Part shown: piece after piece, positions 11,471 through 22,838 of the stretch
Position numbering within the stretch: position 1 is the stretch's first letter
Layout of the letters: each line of letters starts with the position of its first letter
Assembly: GCA_026026165.1 (NCBI GenBank)
Contig: JAPEUD010000090.1
Coordinates: forward strand, 1 to 64,000
Length of the DNA stretch: 64,000 bases
From: Sarea resinae
Taxonomy: Eukaryota
Reading direction: 5' to 3'
Translations under genes and position numbers: made by a program
Notes under the pieces: model-generated
What the model saw: the letters and a program-made list of their open reading frames with translations, nothing else
Told to the model about the DNA's origin: nothing
Databases searched by the model: none

Positions 11471-13845
11471 ATGGTTGCGATGCCCTCTTCGTCGCCTGCC
11501 GAACACACGTATAGCCCTCGTTTTGGACCGTCTCATCATCGAGAAGCATCGTCAACTGCCGACGTCAATTCTCAATACGCGCTTCGATCCGCCCAAGGAC
11601 GGTCTGACGATGATGAGCTCGATCCCCTTCTCCCGTCCACTTTGTCTTACTCTACCTCTTCTCCTTGCCCTCCCACCTCGACAATGCTCCCCCAAACTCG
11701 CACCATCATCCTCTGTGCTGTTGCTGTGATGTCCATCGACGTCGGCTTGTCTCTGTGTCTGGCCCCGCGCCTCCGCTTAGTCGAGTCCATCATCTGCACG
11801 GATTATTACCGGCTCAAGGATCCAGGCTTGATTGGCAGCGACGGCAGGGTGGAGGAGAAGCACTGCAAGGTGGGACGGGTGCAGGAGGAGGTGGCCATAT
11901 TGATGGGGTGGTTGGGGCTCTGGGAGGGCCTGCCGGGTGTCTTGCTCGCTGTGCCCTACGGTCTGATGGCCGATGTGAGCGGCAGGAGAAAGGTGCTGAT
12001 GTGGAGTTTTGTGGGCTTGTTTGGGTCCACCGTGTGGGGTCTTTGTGTCTGTAAGTTTCGCATTTTCTTCTTTCGACGGGAGTTTGGTTGCTATTGACTG
12101 TGTGATGTGATTTTATATGTTTCGCTCAGATCCTCTAACCAGTTGTTTGTCATGCGCCATGGAAGGCTTCAACTTCCTTGATCTCTATTTTGGTTTTATC
12201 ATTTGGCAGTCATATTCTAAACAACATCAATCGTAGTCTATCTCGCGTTCCCCATTCGCCTGATATGGCTCTCATCCCTCTTCATGTGCATCGGCGGTGG
12301 CCCCATTGTCGCCAGCGCCCTAGTCTTCACCATCATATCGGACATTACCTCAGACGAGCAGCGGTCAGTACACATCCAGTCTGCGAAAACTTACGGAACT
12401 GACAAGAAAGACAGCGCTACGATATTCTTCCAGATTCAAGCCTCGGTACTAATCTCTGACATCGTCGCGCCCCCACTATCTTCCGTGCTGATGTCCCGCA
12501 ACATCTGGGCCCCTCTACTTCTCGGCGCCTTCATCCAAGCACTCTCGATCCTCGTACCAGCGTGTATGCCGGAAACTCTGCATATCACCGCCAGGGAAAC
12601 CGGCCATCCCTCGAGGCAGGAACCTGCTTTTCAACTTGCTGATGATGATGAGATGGACGGTAGATTTGAGGAGACTGATTCGAAGACAAAAGCTGGAGAC
12701 TATGGATCTCGGATAGAGGCGCTGAAAGGAGCAACGTCGTTTCTCTTCCAGGACCGCAAAATCTCGGTGCTGGTCCTCTCGTTGGTTGTCGTCCGGGTTG
12801 GGAAGCAGGCGGTCGAACTGCTGTTGCAATATGTGTCCAAGCGCTATGATTGGAGCCTAGCCAAGGTATTGCCTCCCTCGTCTGTTGTCCGGCTTTAGAC
12901 ATTTCTTTTCCTTTACCTTCGCAGTCCAAGATACTAGACTTGATACTTATACATCTGTCAGGCGGCTTTTCTACTTTCCATCAGAGCCTCCGTCGAGCTG
13001 GTTCTTCTCGTGGCCGTCTTACCAATCTTCGGCAGCTTCCTCCTGACCCGCCACGGTATGGCTGCCGACGTCAAGGATCTGCTGACCATCCGCGTCAGCA
13101 ACTTCTTTGCTATCGTGGGATGCGTCGTTATCGCGCTGGCGCCTGCACCAGGTTTGATGATTGTTGGTTAGTCTTTTATATCTCCCCGTCCATCGCCCAT
13201 CAAATGAACCGAAGAGATCACCTTTTTTCTGTTGTTTGCCGTCAAAACTCGAATGCCCTAATCCCCCTTTTTTGTGTGGGCTAAGGTTGAATGCTTTTCA
13301 ATTTCACTACAATGACAATAACACAAACGACAAAAGAACTGACGCACGCGCGCATGATACTAGGTCTCATCATCTACACGCTCTCGGCCGGCTTCCAAGC
13401 CGCCTCCTTCTCGCTCATCACATCCCTCTCTCTCTCCCATTCCTCATCCTCTCCCAAACCTCGCACTTCTTCCCCACCATCCCCGTTACCCTCTCACGCC
13501 CACCTCCACCCCGATACCCACAAACCAACCACCACCCCCCAAACACACACCGCAGCTCTCTACAGCATCCTCGCCATCATCCTAGCCCTCGGCGGTGTCG
13601 TCGCCGCACCTCTCCTCTCCGGCGCGTTTTCACTGGGTCTCCGACACGGCGGCGCGTGGATCGGCCTGCCGTTCTGGGTCGCGGCCGCCTTGTTTTCGGC
13701 CGCGGGCGCCGTCTTGGCCGTGTGGGCTTTGCCGGGGATGGCGGAGGGGGGAAGGGGATGGGGAAGGGGAAGTGGGGTTGCGGCGAGAGAGGCGGCTGGT
13801 GGGGGGGATGGTTATGGTCGTCTTGAATATGCGGGAGAGGGTTAG
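11471..13845 (+). CDS. MFS transporter; exons approx. 11471-12050, 12237-12363, 12415-12865, 12962-13165, 13364-13845
   Basis: Multiple TM segments and fungal MFS motifs (APRLRLVESIIC..YY, E.HCK...VQ.E.A, PYG.MAD..GRR.V, IGGG, APPLSS.LM, WIGLPF). Canonical GT-AG introns; start codon choice uncertain. Confidence 0.87.
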
Positions 13846-14897
13846 ATGTGGTTTTTTCTTTTTTTCATTCCCGGGCTTTGGGGGGCTTTGGGGTTCTTAT
13901 AGGGTGGATGGATGGCTGGGCGTCTTGGTTGATTCGCCGATGGTTGTGTTGGCGCACAAAAGGCATGCATGTCTGATCCGAGCGTTTTCTTGTTGATTCG
14001 GAAGGGGAAGTCTTCTGTACGTCTTGAATCCAGTCGCTGCAATCATGGTTCTTGCTTCTTGGTTCTTGCTTCTTGCTGGATTGCGTGACTTGCTTTGCTT
14101 GATATTTGCCTGATCGATTGCATATTGCATATTGACCGGTCTGCGCCAATGTAGTAATCCTTCCCCCACGGAGGTCTCCGGCCGAGCACTCACGCTCTCA
14201 TCTCCCCTTTTCCCTCTGCGGTTCCCGAATTGTGAGATTCGATCCACAACCGATTACCCATGCGTTCTACGGACGACCAGAACCGACACACTCCCCTCCC
14301 TCTCCTATCCCCCCATCCAACCCTACTCTGCAATGCTAATGAGCAGTCTTGCTTTGAGTAAGGACTAATCATTATAGACAGAACTGGGTCCAAGAGGAAT
14401 ATCGTCATAAATGAAGTTTGCGGGCTTTGTCCTCACTCGGTAGAAGAACCCATTCCGCGCACCGGTCAACAAAGCTTATGAATGGGAGCAGGGCTAGCGG
14501 ACTGGGAAACGGAAGTGCTCTCCAACTTCAGATGGAGTCAGAGACTGCGACGCCAAACCAAAAGTCGAATTCAAGTCACCACAGCTCTTAAGCAGAGCAT
14601 CCAACACTTCAAACTTAGAGCTGGATACAGTGTGGAAAGAGATGACAAGTGTCTGCTAATAACGCCTTCCTATGGTAACCTCTGTGATGTGGTTACGTAG
14701 CTGGAAACATTTGTGAACCGGTTGGATATAATGCAGATTTCGAAGTACTTACCTGAAAATAGTACCTACGCACCCGAGCTCATCCGCGATGTATCCCTAG
14801 AGCTGTGCGGGCCACAATTAGACTAGACTAATCCCGCGGTTTAATACCTCATTTCACTAGAGTACCCTTACATTACCTCCACCCCCAGAGTACATAT

Positions 14898-14955
14898 AAC
14901 CGAACTTCCCAAAACCGAACTTCCTAGAGCCGAACCTCTCAGAACCGAACCATCA
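14898..14955. repeat. imperfect 15-bp tandem repeat x4 (core ccgaac)
   Basis: aaccgaacttcccaa / aaccgaacttcctag / agccgaacctctcag / aaccgaaccatc. Confidence 0.75.
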
Positions 14956-16946
14956 CAGGCAATTGTCACGACAATCCATGCCTTGCGGCGGGACGTAGTG
15001 GATGTTGCTTCACGCATCCGCTTCTCAATTACTTTCATCTTGCTTACTTTCGCTGCTCTGCCTCCCTGAAGCCGGTGATATTTCTAGAATGCATTCTTAA
15101 CGCTGACCTAGTAAGTATTTAGTCTTCTGTCTATTAACAACATAGGCAAAGCTGCTTACAGCACAGCCACCTCACCTCATCCCTCATCATGCTAACATCC
15201 ACCCAGTCGCGTTTTGTAGCTGAGCTTCAAGTAGCAAAAGGCACAGTGTAAGGGGCAAAGACCGCTACGGCCTCATGATCGTCCGAGGGACAATAATGTT
15301 GGCTTGATCTAGTCACGTTCATTAAACAGAGGCAGACCTAGCAACCAGTTTGTTTGGTTTCGACTATTAGAAACTTTATTGTGTGCCGTGTGATAGGCAA
15401 CTCGGGATCGGATAAGGTTTAGGGAATTTGATTTATAGGGATGTAAACGGTACGCTCAGAGGAGAAGGGCTAGGGTGGGGAGTCTTTAAGGACCATCAGG
15501 TCATGGCGCGCATATTGCCTGGCACTAACCAGTTGGTCAGGTAAAATATATGTCCTTGGCACGGCAGCTCTGGAACGCGGAGGCTCTGTCTCTACGATCA
15601 TCGGCCACAGCTGCCGACGAAGGGGGACTTCAAGGCTGGTCAGCTTACTAGAGCAATATTGAAGCGAAATGAAGATGGTAGGGGGGGATATGAGCTAGAG
15701 GACAGCTGTTCTATCATTGACGATCACGCATTATCCGATCTTGCTGGCTTCTGGTTTCGTTGCACCTTGAAACGGCAGTGGTGGACTTGATCTGCAACTG
15801 CACCTATTAAAATACATCGCGCCATCCCAGGCTGAGTTGAAACAGCGCTTTGATGATACAAATAGGCATAGTGTAGGACAGGGGGCGAGGTGAACACGAG
15901 TACATATCCCTAGTAGTGGCGGTCGCATGGATAGCTAGAGCCTGCTTCGAAGAGGTCCCTAACCGGATCGAACGCCCTTCCCCTCTCATCTGCCAGGTAG
16001 CAATCAGTAGAGCTACAACAAGAAGTGGATAGGGTCTTTACTACTGGGTTGCGGCCTAGGATTAGACGAGTCTAGACTTGGGCTTGGTCTGTTGGTTGGT
16101 GCACTCTTCCCTATGTGTTTCAAATATAAATATATAATGATTAGTTAGAAGAGTGGCGATCATAGGACTGACCCCTTGCATTTTGAGTCGCGACTTTGTA
16201 CCGTTCCCTTAACTTATCATGTACCATGCAATCCTGATCCTCTGCTTCCGCTCCTTGGAATCCCTGAAACTCGCTGTTCTTCTCTAAGAACTCCTTACAT
16301 TGGCCCTTTATGTGATTCAACACCTGAACACTATGTTCAGTAAGACTCTTGCTAGTATCTAATCTGCCCACCCTGATAGTCTCATCGACAAATGACTAAT
16401 GTAGGATTAGTGACTGTTGCTATTCTGTGGCTTTTTACTGTGCAGGGAAAGAAATTGACTTGACTTCTAACGTACATTCAATTTCTCCCGGATCTCATTT
16501 TCTTTGGTGACAATCAACGCCTCACTAGGTCCGTCAACAACCCCAATGATTTGATGATTGAGAGTTGATAGGCGGTTTGGCATGATTCTCTTGGAGTAAC
16601 GCAAGGCGGGGAAGCTGGGCCACTGCGGGGTGTGGCAGCGGAAACACTTTGCACGGTCCAAGAGTGTCAAGGAATGCATTGGTTGGGCGCTGCCCGGGAG
16701 TTCGCTTCCCGGTACCGCGTTACAGTGAAGTTCGATTCGCGATTCAAGAATGCTCGGCTCGCTCGGATGATTGTCGATCGGAGGCAGACCTAGTCCTAGG
16801 CCCAACGGTTGTAGCTTTGAGGAGCGAAACCAATAGCACATGTTCTGCTTTCGAACCCATTTCTATTTTTCCCTCTTAATCCTCTATCTTACTGAGCCGT
16901 TCCAAAATAAGGTATTAGCCTTAGGACTTTATGAATGTTGCGAATG

Positions 16947-17741
16947 TTATCCTTCTAACTGTGGATTGAGAGAAGACATATTGAATTGTTGCGGACCAGG
17001 TAACGAAGTTAGGGGGAAGTGGTGCGAGCATTGATCCTGCTGTAGTTGTGGACCAGGTAACGGATTCGGCGGGAAGTGTTGTGAATATTGATCCTGCTGA
17101 ACTTGATAGGAACTGTTCATTTGAAGAAAAGCCCTGGATTCCTGAATGGTCATATCACTTGTTTCTTAGCTACTAACAGGCCATTTGATGCTTACTAGAT
17201 CGCTGATAGGGTAGGCTCTCGCTGGCATGACACTTAGTGGCTGACTGACAGGTGCGGGCTGGTCGATTACTGATGGTTACTAAAGTCAGCGCTAGGATTC
17301 CGATAGTCTTAGCAAGATGTTCAACTTTACTTGGACCGTGTTTTTTACTGCTCGGCAAGGATTTCCTGAGTTCCCTTGCGTGATGTTGTAGCTCTTCCTA
17401 AGCTTCATCTGATATGCCGAAATATATTCTCAGAGAATCGAGATGGCTGATAAGATTCTTTATTGCCACAACAAATTCATTAATCTCTGTCTGGCAACGC
17501 ATCAGAGCTCTGTATTGTAATTAGCTTTGTGACTGCTGACTGAAGCAGGACTTACTCCTCCACCTTGAGCTGATAGCATGTGCGCTCTAAACGAGCGCAG
17601 CGCTCGCACGCAGGACGTCCTTGGTCGCAAGGTTTCTTCTCCTTCAAACAAGACTGGCAGCCCTTTGTAGATCGTCAGGCACAGTTAAGTCAATGGTTTT
17701 GCAATTATACTGACAACTCGCTATCGCTGTTGCGAGCTCAT
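16947..17741 (-). pseudogene. Zn(II)2Cys6 transcription-factor pseudogene (3' end uncertain, may extend to ~16140)
   Basis: Exon 17662-17556 encodes GCQSCLKEKKPCDQGRPACERCARLERTCY (C-x2-C-x6-C-x6-C-x2-C-x6-C), between GT-AG introns 17714-17663 and 17555-17510. In-frame TAG stops at 17723-17721 (MSSQQR*RV) and 17400-17398. A Q/P-rich segment follows. Confidence 0.8.
16990..17100. repeat. imperfect ~57-bp tandem duplication encoding QQDQ.S.HFP...LPGPQ on the minus strand
   Basis: ggaccaggtaacg...ggg.aagtg.tg.ga..attgatcctgctg occurs twice. Confidence 0.75.
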
Positions 17742-17991
17742 TGTGCGCTTGCTTCATGAAATACTCTAGTTCAAAATCGTCAAGACAGGATAAGCGGCTT
17801 CGAAAGACAGAATCACTGTGATTGCTGTATAGAAGTATGTATTGTGAGGCGAAACCATAGATGCGCGCCTATGGATGGGTAGTGTATACACCCAGAGCTA
17901 CAACCTTATGAAGATTGAAAATTAGAATTCCCATCCCCCTCCTCCTCACCCTCCTTCCCCTCCCTCAACTCCCCACCCGCACACCCGTACA

Positions 17992-19247
17992 TTAACGCAA
18001 CCCCTTCCTCAGTACTGTCCGAAACGGGAAGATCTCCGCACGGTCGAGATCCCACACGCCCTCGGCGATATACGGGTCACTGCGAAGTTTCTCCAGGATA
18101 TGAATCTTGTTGGTTGCGTTGACGACCATGATGGAGCCGGTGAAGGGGCGGCGTGTCGGTTGTGATGGCGAGGGGTGGTGGGTGAATATGGGACCTATTG
18201 AGGGGGGGGAAAGGGGGTGTTAGGTGTGGCTGATGTGGTTGATGTGGGTTGGATGGGGATGGAGAGGTGAGAGGGGTGCAGAAGTGGGGCGTTGGGGTAA
18301 GAGAGATGGTTTATAAGGGGAGGGTCGGCGGAGGTGGTCGGCAATAAGGAAGAGGGGGGATAAGGGAGGAAAGCGAGCGAGAGGTGCGAAGAGCGGTGTC
18401 TCGAGCGGGTGTAAAAGACCACAGGGAAGGAAGGCAGTCAGGAGGCAGCGGAGCCAACATTCTCAAAACCTGCATGAAGATAGTATAAAAGAGGCATGAA
18501 GCTAGTAGAGCCCCCCCCCCCAAAAAAGGATGAGCAATAAGTACACGCGAGCGAGCGAGCAGCGACAGCACTCCAGAAAAAAGCAGGAGTGGAAATTCGA
18601 CCATCAGGGAGAGCAAGCACGTATGTGGTGTTGAGTGATCCGGAACAAGAAAACTGAAATCGGAGTGCTTACCGGCCCACGAGACATAGCCTTCCTGGTG
18701 CAGGCGGACGAAGTTCGGGCTGTGGCGCGGGCGGATCGCGATTCGGTGGTCGAGCTTGAGGAGGTTAGCGTTAGGGATGTGGGGTTGGTTTGTGAGGGTG
18801 TGTGGGGCTGGTGGGGAGTCAAGAGGAATATGGATAAGGGGGATTTTTCGAGAGAGGGGTGGACTGGGGGAGTTTTGAGGGAGATGGGATTGCAATTGCG
18901 AGAAGCTCGAGGACTGGGATTCGGGAGTTGGCCTGGTAGAATGGAAAAGTTGAACACATTTTAAAACACAAGTGGAAGCGGAAAGAGAAGGAAAAGGATC
19001 ACAGTAAGCAGAAGAGTAAGGGAGGACATCTAGCACAAGTAGAGATTATTACCACGCCTGGCTTGTCAGGGAATACGATCAGCCACTCTCTCGTGGACTC
19101 GGACTCCGTGGACGTTGTGCTGAATAGTCTGCTGTTCTGGACGGGAGTTTGAAGGGTGTGATAATATGGCCGTGAGGTGGTGGTAGCCAAAGGTCTTCGG
19201 AGAGCCGCACGAAGAAGGCTGGGTTGTGAGGTCTGGGGCCGGAACAT
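17992..19247 (-). CDS. YCII-related (dimeric alpha+beta barrel) protein with predicted mitochondrial presequence; exons 19247-19053, 18754-18673, 18194-17992
   Basis: Spliced product ...REWLIVFPDKPGV|LDHRIAIRPRH...GYVSWAG|PIF...FTGSIMVV...LRSDPYIAEGVWDL..AEIFPF follows the fungal YCII pattern. N-terminus is Arg/Ser/Thr-rich and lacks acidic residues. Confidence 0.85.
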
Positions 19248-20066
19248 TTTGCTTATGATTTCCTTATCGAGGATGAAGTTGCAGATGGAGTGTGAGTACA
19301 GGGGCTGAGCAAATGTGGGAAATATTCAAGAGGTAGTGGGCTAGGGGTCGATGCTCTCTGTTCCTGTTAGAGGAGAGAGGGGCGAAGGCTGGTGGAGGTG
19401 CTGGATTGAGTGCAGCTGATATAGGAGATTCTACTGTTTGGTAGATACAGTTGATAGCTCCATTGAAATGAGGGGTTATTGTCGCGGGCGTGTTGGAATA
19501 TTGAAGGCTAGACACCGCTCCGTATCAGCATCATTTACACAGTACGCGGCGTGCATTCTCCTCTGCCGTGTGGCACCCGCTTTGAAGCGGATAAAGATGT
19601 TGCCCCGCCATGTGGCGTACACTACGGAGCTATCTCATGCTCGTGATAGCCTGGGGCTTAATGAGGCTTAAGAAGGCTGAGCCTTTGCCATAGTCTTTGG
19701 GACGTCGATATTGCGGTGTAGGCAGCGGCTGGATTATCGACAGGGGTGCCAATATCACCAATTGCCTACGGCTTGAAGACATCTAGAAGCCGCCAGCAAA
19801 ACTCGCATCACTGACACCTCAGTTTCATAGCCCTTGCTTACGATGTACGGCCGCCACGCATTATTTTATCGCTACTTGGTCGTGCTGTGCAACAGGCACA
19901 GCCCATCAGCACGGCCGGATCTACCCCGCTTCACGCTTGTCTGCTAATTGTTCACCAGACGGATTCTTATCGCGGGTTCTATTTTATCATGAAGCCAAGG
20001 TGGAAGAGTAAATAAAAAGATAAGACCAGAGAATGCCCCAGGCGTAACCGTCGCGCTGCAAACACA

Positions 20067-20695
20067 ATGGCTTTGGCAAGACGCTCTGCCGCGGCACTGC
20101 AACTACAAGCACCATGTGGAAACCATGGCCTCGTCTCGCGGACTCGATGCGCAAATACGTCACGCTCGTTCTCCTCGACGCGGACACGGAGTCTAGAGTA
20201 GTAAGACTCTCTCATACCCGCTACTCATCATTGAATCTGCTGTTCTGATCCCGAAGTGCGTTTCTTCAGCTTTGTCATGATATGGGATAAATCAACTACA
20301 TCGCCTAGAACCACCGCCGCCGACCTGAGAAAAAGTAAAAACCTCTCCATCACCTTTGCAGGAGAAATGGCGGCGGTGGAAATGCTGAAGAGTTCGGCCA
20401 AGGCCCCGCCGGCGGGAAAGGAGCGCGGGACGTGTTTCGCGTGTGATGCGGCGAGCGAGGAGGATGTCAGGCAGAGTTTGGAGGAGCATCCACTTTGTAA
20501 AGAGGTGAGCTTTTTCTGCTCTGATCCGAATGAAAAGTACTTGGTAGTCGTGAATCAAGCGAAACTGCCTTTCGGTGCTGATGCTTGCTTTGGGGGAGCG
20601 TCTAGGGTATCTGGAATATTGAGACGATGGTCATCTGGCCGTTGGAGACGGTCTTGACGAGTGATTTACCGGAGGCTGATGATCTCGATGGCTAG
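20067..20695 (+). CDS. divergent YCII-like protein with predicted mitochondrial presequence; exons 20067-20200, 20270-20504, 20606-20695
   Basis: Spliced product MALARRSAAALQ...RSFSSTRTRSLEY|FVMIWDK...GTCFACDAASEEDVRQSLEEHPLCKE|GIWNIETMVIWPLETVL; start and end match the YCII pattern. GT-AG introns keep the frame. Confidence 0.72.
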
Positions 20696-21127
20696 TAAGA
20701 GAGGACCCTTGGCTGGGGTTGATGTGCCTGCATGAACTGTCTTGATTATCCGGATTTGCCCCATGAGATTTGCAGATTGATTCCGCAATACCATGGATTC
20801 AATCTCAAATGTACTAGCCGTCCTTTTCCCATCACAATGAGAGACCGATCACGAAAAATGGGAGCGCACGTTTTCAGCCTTCCACAAGATGATCATGATA
20901 TCCTTGCTGCTGTAGATCAGGCCAGGTAATTGGTTTTATGCAGGTCAGACGCGGTCATCGTCTCTACCCAGTAAGCATCCGTGCGCATTACGACCGTGAC
21001 CAAGCCCCGGAAGCGACTCTACCGCCCTGAAATGCAGCAATGAAAGCCATCAAATACCACAACAACACCACTTTCTCTACCGACCGTTACAATAAATAAT
21101 GATTGAGCAATCGAACGGCCTTTCAGT

Positions 21128-22206
21128 ATGACCCCTCAGTCCCTCTACCAAGACTACGCGCCCAGCCCCACATTTGAAAACATCGCCATTCTACTCATTG
21201 CGCTCTTCCTTCTGAGCAATATCAAAATTCTACCAGGAGTATGGCACGTAAGCATTGAATGACTCGCAGCTGCTCCCTTGGCCCATCTTATCTTATCCGC
21301 TGCCATACACTAAAACACAAACTATAGTACCGGCTCTTCAAAGCGCTCTTCACGCAGTTCATCCTCCATGCCTCGTCACCCACCGCAACGTCTAGAACTC
21401 ATGAGAATACCCCACCATCCCTCTTCCGCCCGCTAGTCACGGCCTCGCACGTCCCACTAGCGGAATGCGACTACAACCTCCACAAGAGCAACAGCACGTT
21501 CTTCACGGACCTAGACATCAATCGGACCCAACTCCTGGCACGCCTATTCAAGTCGGTACTTGGAAAAAGGCGCCCCAGGTCTCGTCGGCATGGCACAGAG
21601 GGCAAGACAACTGAAGGCAATACAGGGAGCGGAAAAGTCGGCCTCGCGCTCGGCAGCGTCATGTGCACTTTTCGCCGACAGATCAGGCCGTTTCAGAGAT
21701 ACGACATCTGCTCGCGCGTGCTGACCTGGGACGACAAGTGGCTCTATGTCGTCAGTCATTTTGTTGAAAAAGGGGCTATTCATGTGACGCCTGCCTTCGG
21801 TCCTGGAGAAGAATCAGTAGTAGCCGCAGACGCAGCCGCAGCCGCAGCCGCAGACGGCGACAAGGAACGTGCACGTGTACATGTGCCCGAGACAGCTATC
21901 TATAGCTCTGCAATCGCGCGCTACGTCTTTAAGGAGGGTAGGATCACCGTCGCACCCTCGGTCGTCTTGGAAGAGGCGGGGTTCCTTCCGTCTTCTGCCA
22001 ACAGTGAAGAAGAGACCGAAGGCACGAGGGCAGAGGTCGAAGGCGACGTGCGGGTCTTAGAGAGAAGCACATGCACCCAAGTGGAGGAGGAACGACGGAA
22101 AGGAGAGAAGTTTGCCCGCGCTTTAGCGATGCTGGGCGATTTGCCCGAGGCGTTTGGTGGAGAGTCAATTCCGCCGTTGGGGCGATTCGGGGATTTGTTC
22201 TGGTGA
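21128..22206 (+). CDS. thioesterase-like hotdog-fold protein (THEM6/4HBT-like fungal family; AtnL-like); exons 21128-21247, 21328-22206
   Basis: N-terminal TM segment plus NIKILPGVWH|YR. Family motifs ECDYNLHKSNSTFFTDLDINR, F.RQI.PFQ.Y, RVLTWD.KWLYVVSHFV and YVFK.GR.TV.P. Confidence 0.85.
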
Positions 22207-22533
22207 GGTGAGAGGGTCGATCGGTGGATGTTCACTTGCCCATCCTCTTGCTCAGAACGGCTCGTCTTCTGAGATACTTTCCTGAGATTCCTCGCCAATA
22301 CAAAGCCATTCAAACGTCCTGTGTTTCTTGAAGCTACAGTCTACGAACTCGGTCGTTGTCAATAGTCTGTTGGCGCCAGCGAATCAACCCTAGCCCCCTA
22401 GCCGAGCGAGCCCTCTCCTCTCCATACATAAAGCGGCACCCATTCTCTCCCGGTGCTCAATGGAACCCTGGAACACTACAACCCTCGTTACCCGCACTAA
22501 CGAACTCTAATGTCCTTCCATGTCGGTAGGGCT

Positions 22534-22838
22534 GCATGTCAGCACCCTAGGTATTGATCTTCAGGGATCGGGGAGCAAAGCGCGCTAATGCGTGTCAGCA
22601 CCCCTTTCGTGCCTCCCGTCCGCCCGCCGCGCGCCATGCCGGATCCAATGATTCCATTAGTCTCAAATGTACCGCCATCATGCATGTCAGCATCTTGCAT
22701 GAGGAACTGTACTGTATTCGCAGGTGCTTGGGTTTGGCGGGGAATAGCCTCGGAACGGTCTTGATGCTGGGAGAGGTCATGCGTGTCAGCATACCCTTGT
22801 GAGGGAGGGAGGGAGGCAGGGAGGGAGGCATGTCAGCA
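22534..22838 (+). promoter_or_regulatory. five same-strand GCRTGTCAGCA motifs upstream of the aminotransferase; candidate TF-binding array
   Basis: Copies start at 22534, 22590, 22682, 22781 and 22828 with unrelated spacers. Regulatory function is inferred. Confidence 0.5.

Noticed and set aside
18311..19036. 241-aa minus-strand ORF as a standalone gene
   Set aside because: Mostly intron sequence reading through exon 2 of the YCII gene.
22534..22838. CRISPR-like repeat-spacer array
   Set aside because: Eukaryotic context, 11-bp repeat, irregular spacing and no cas genes.
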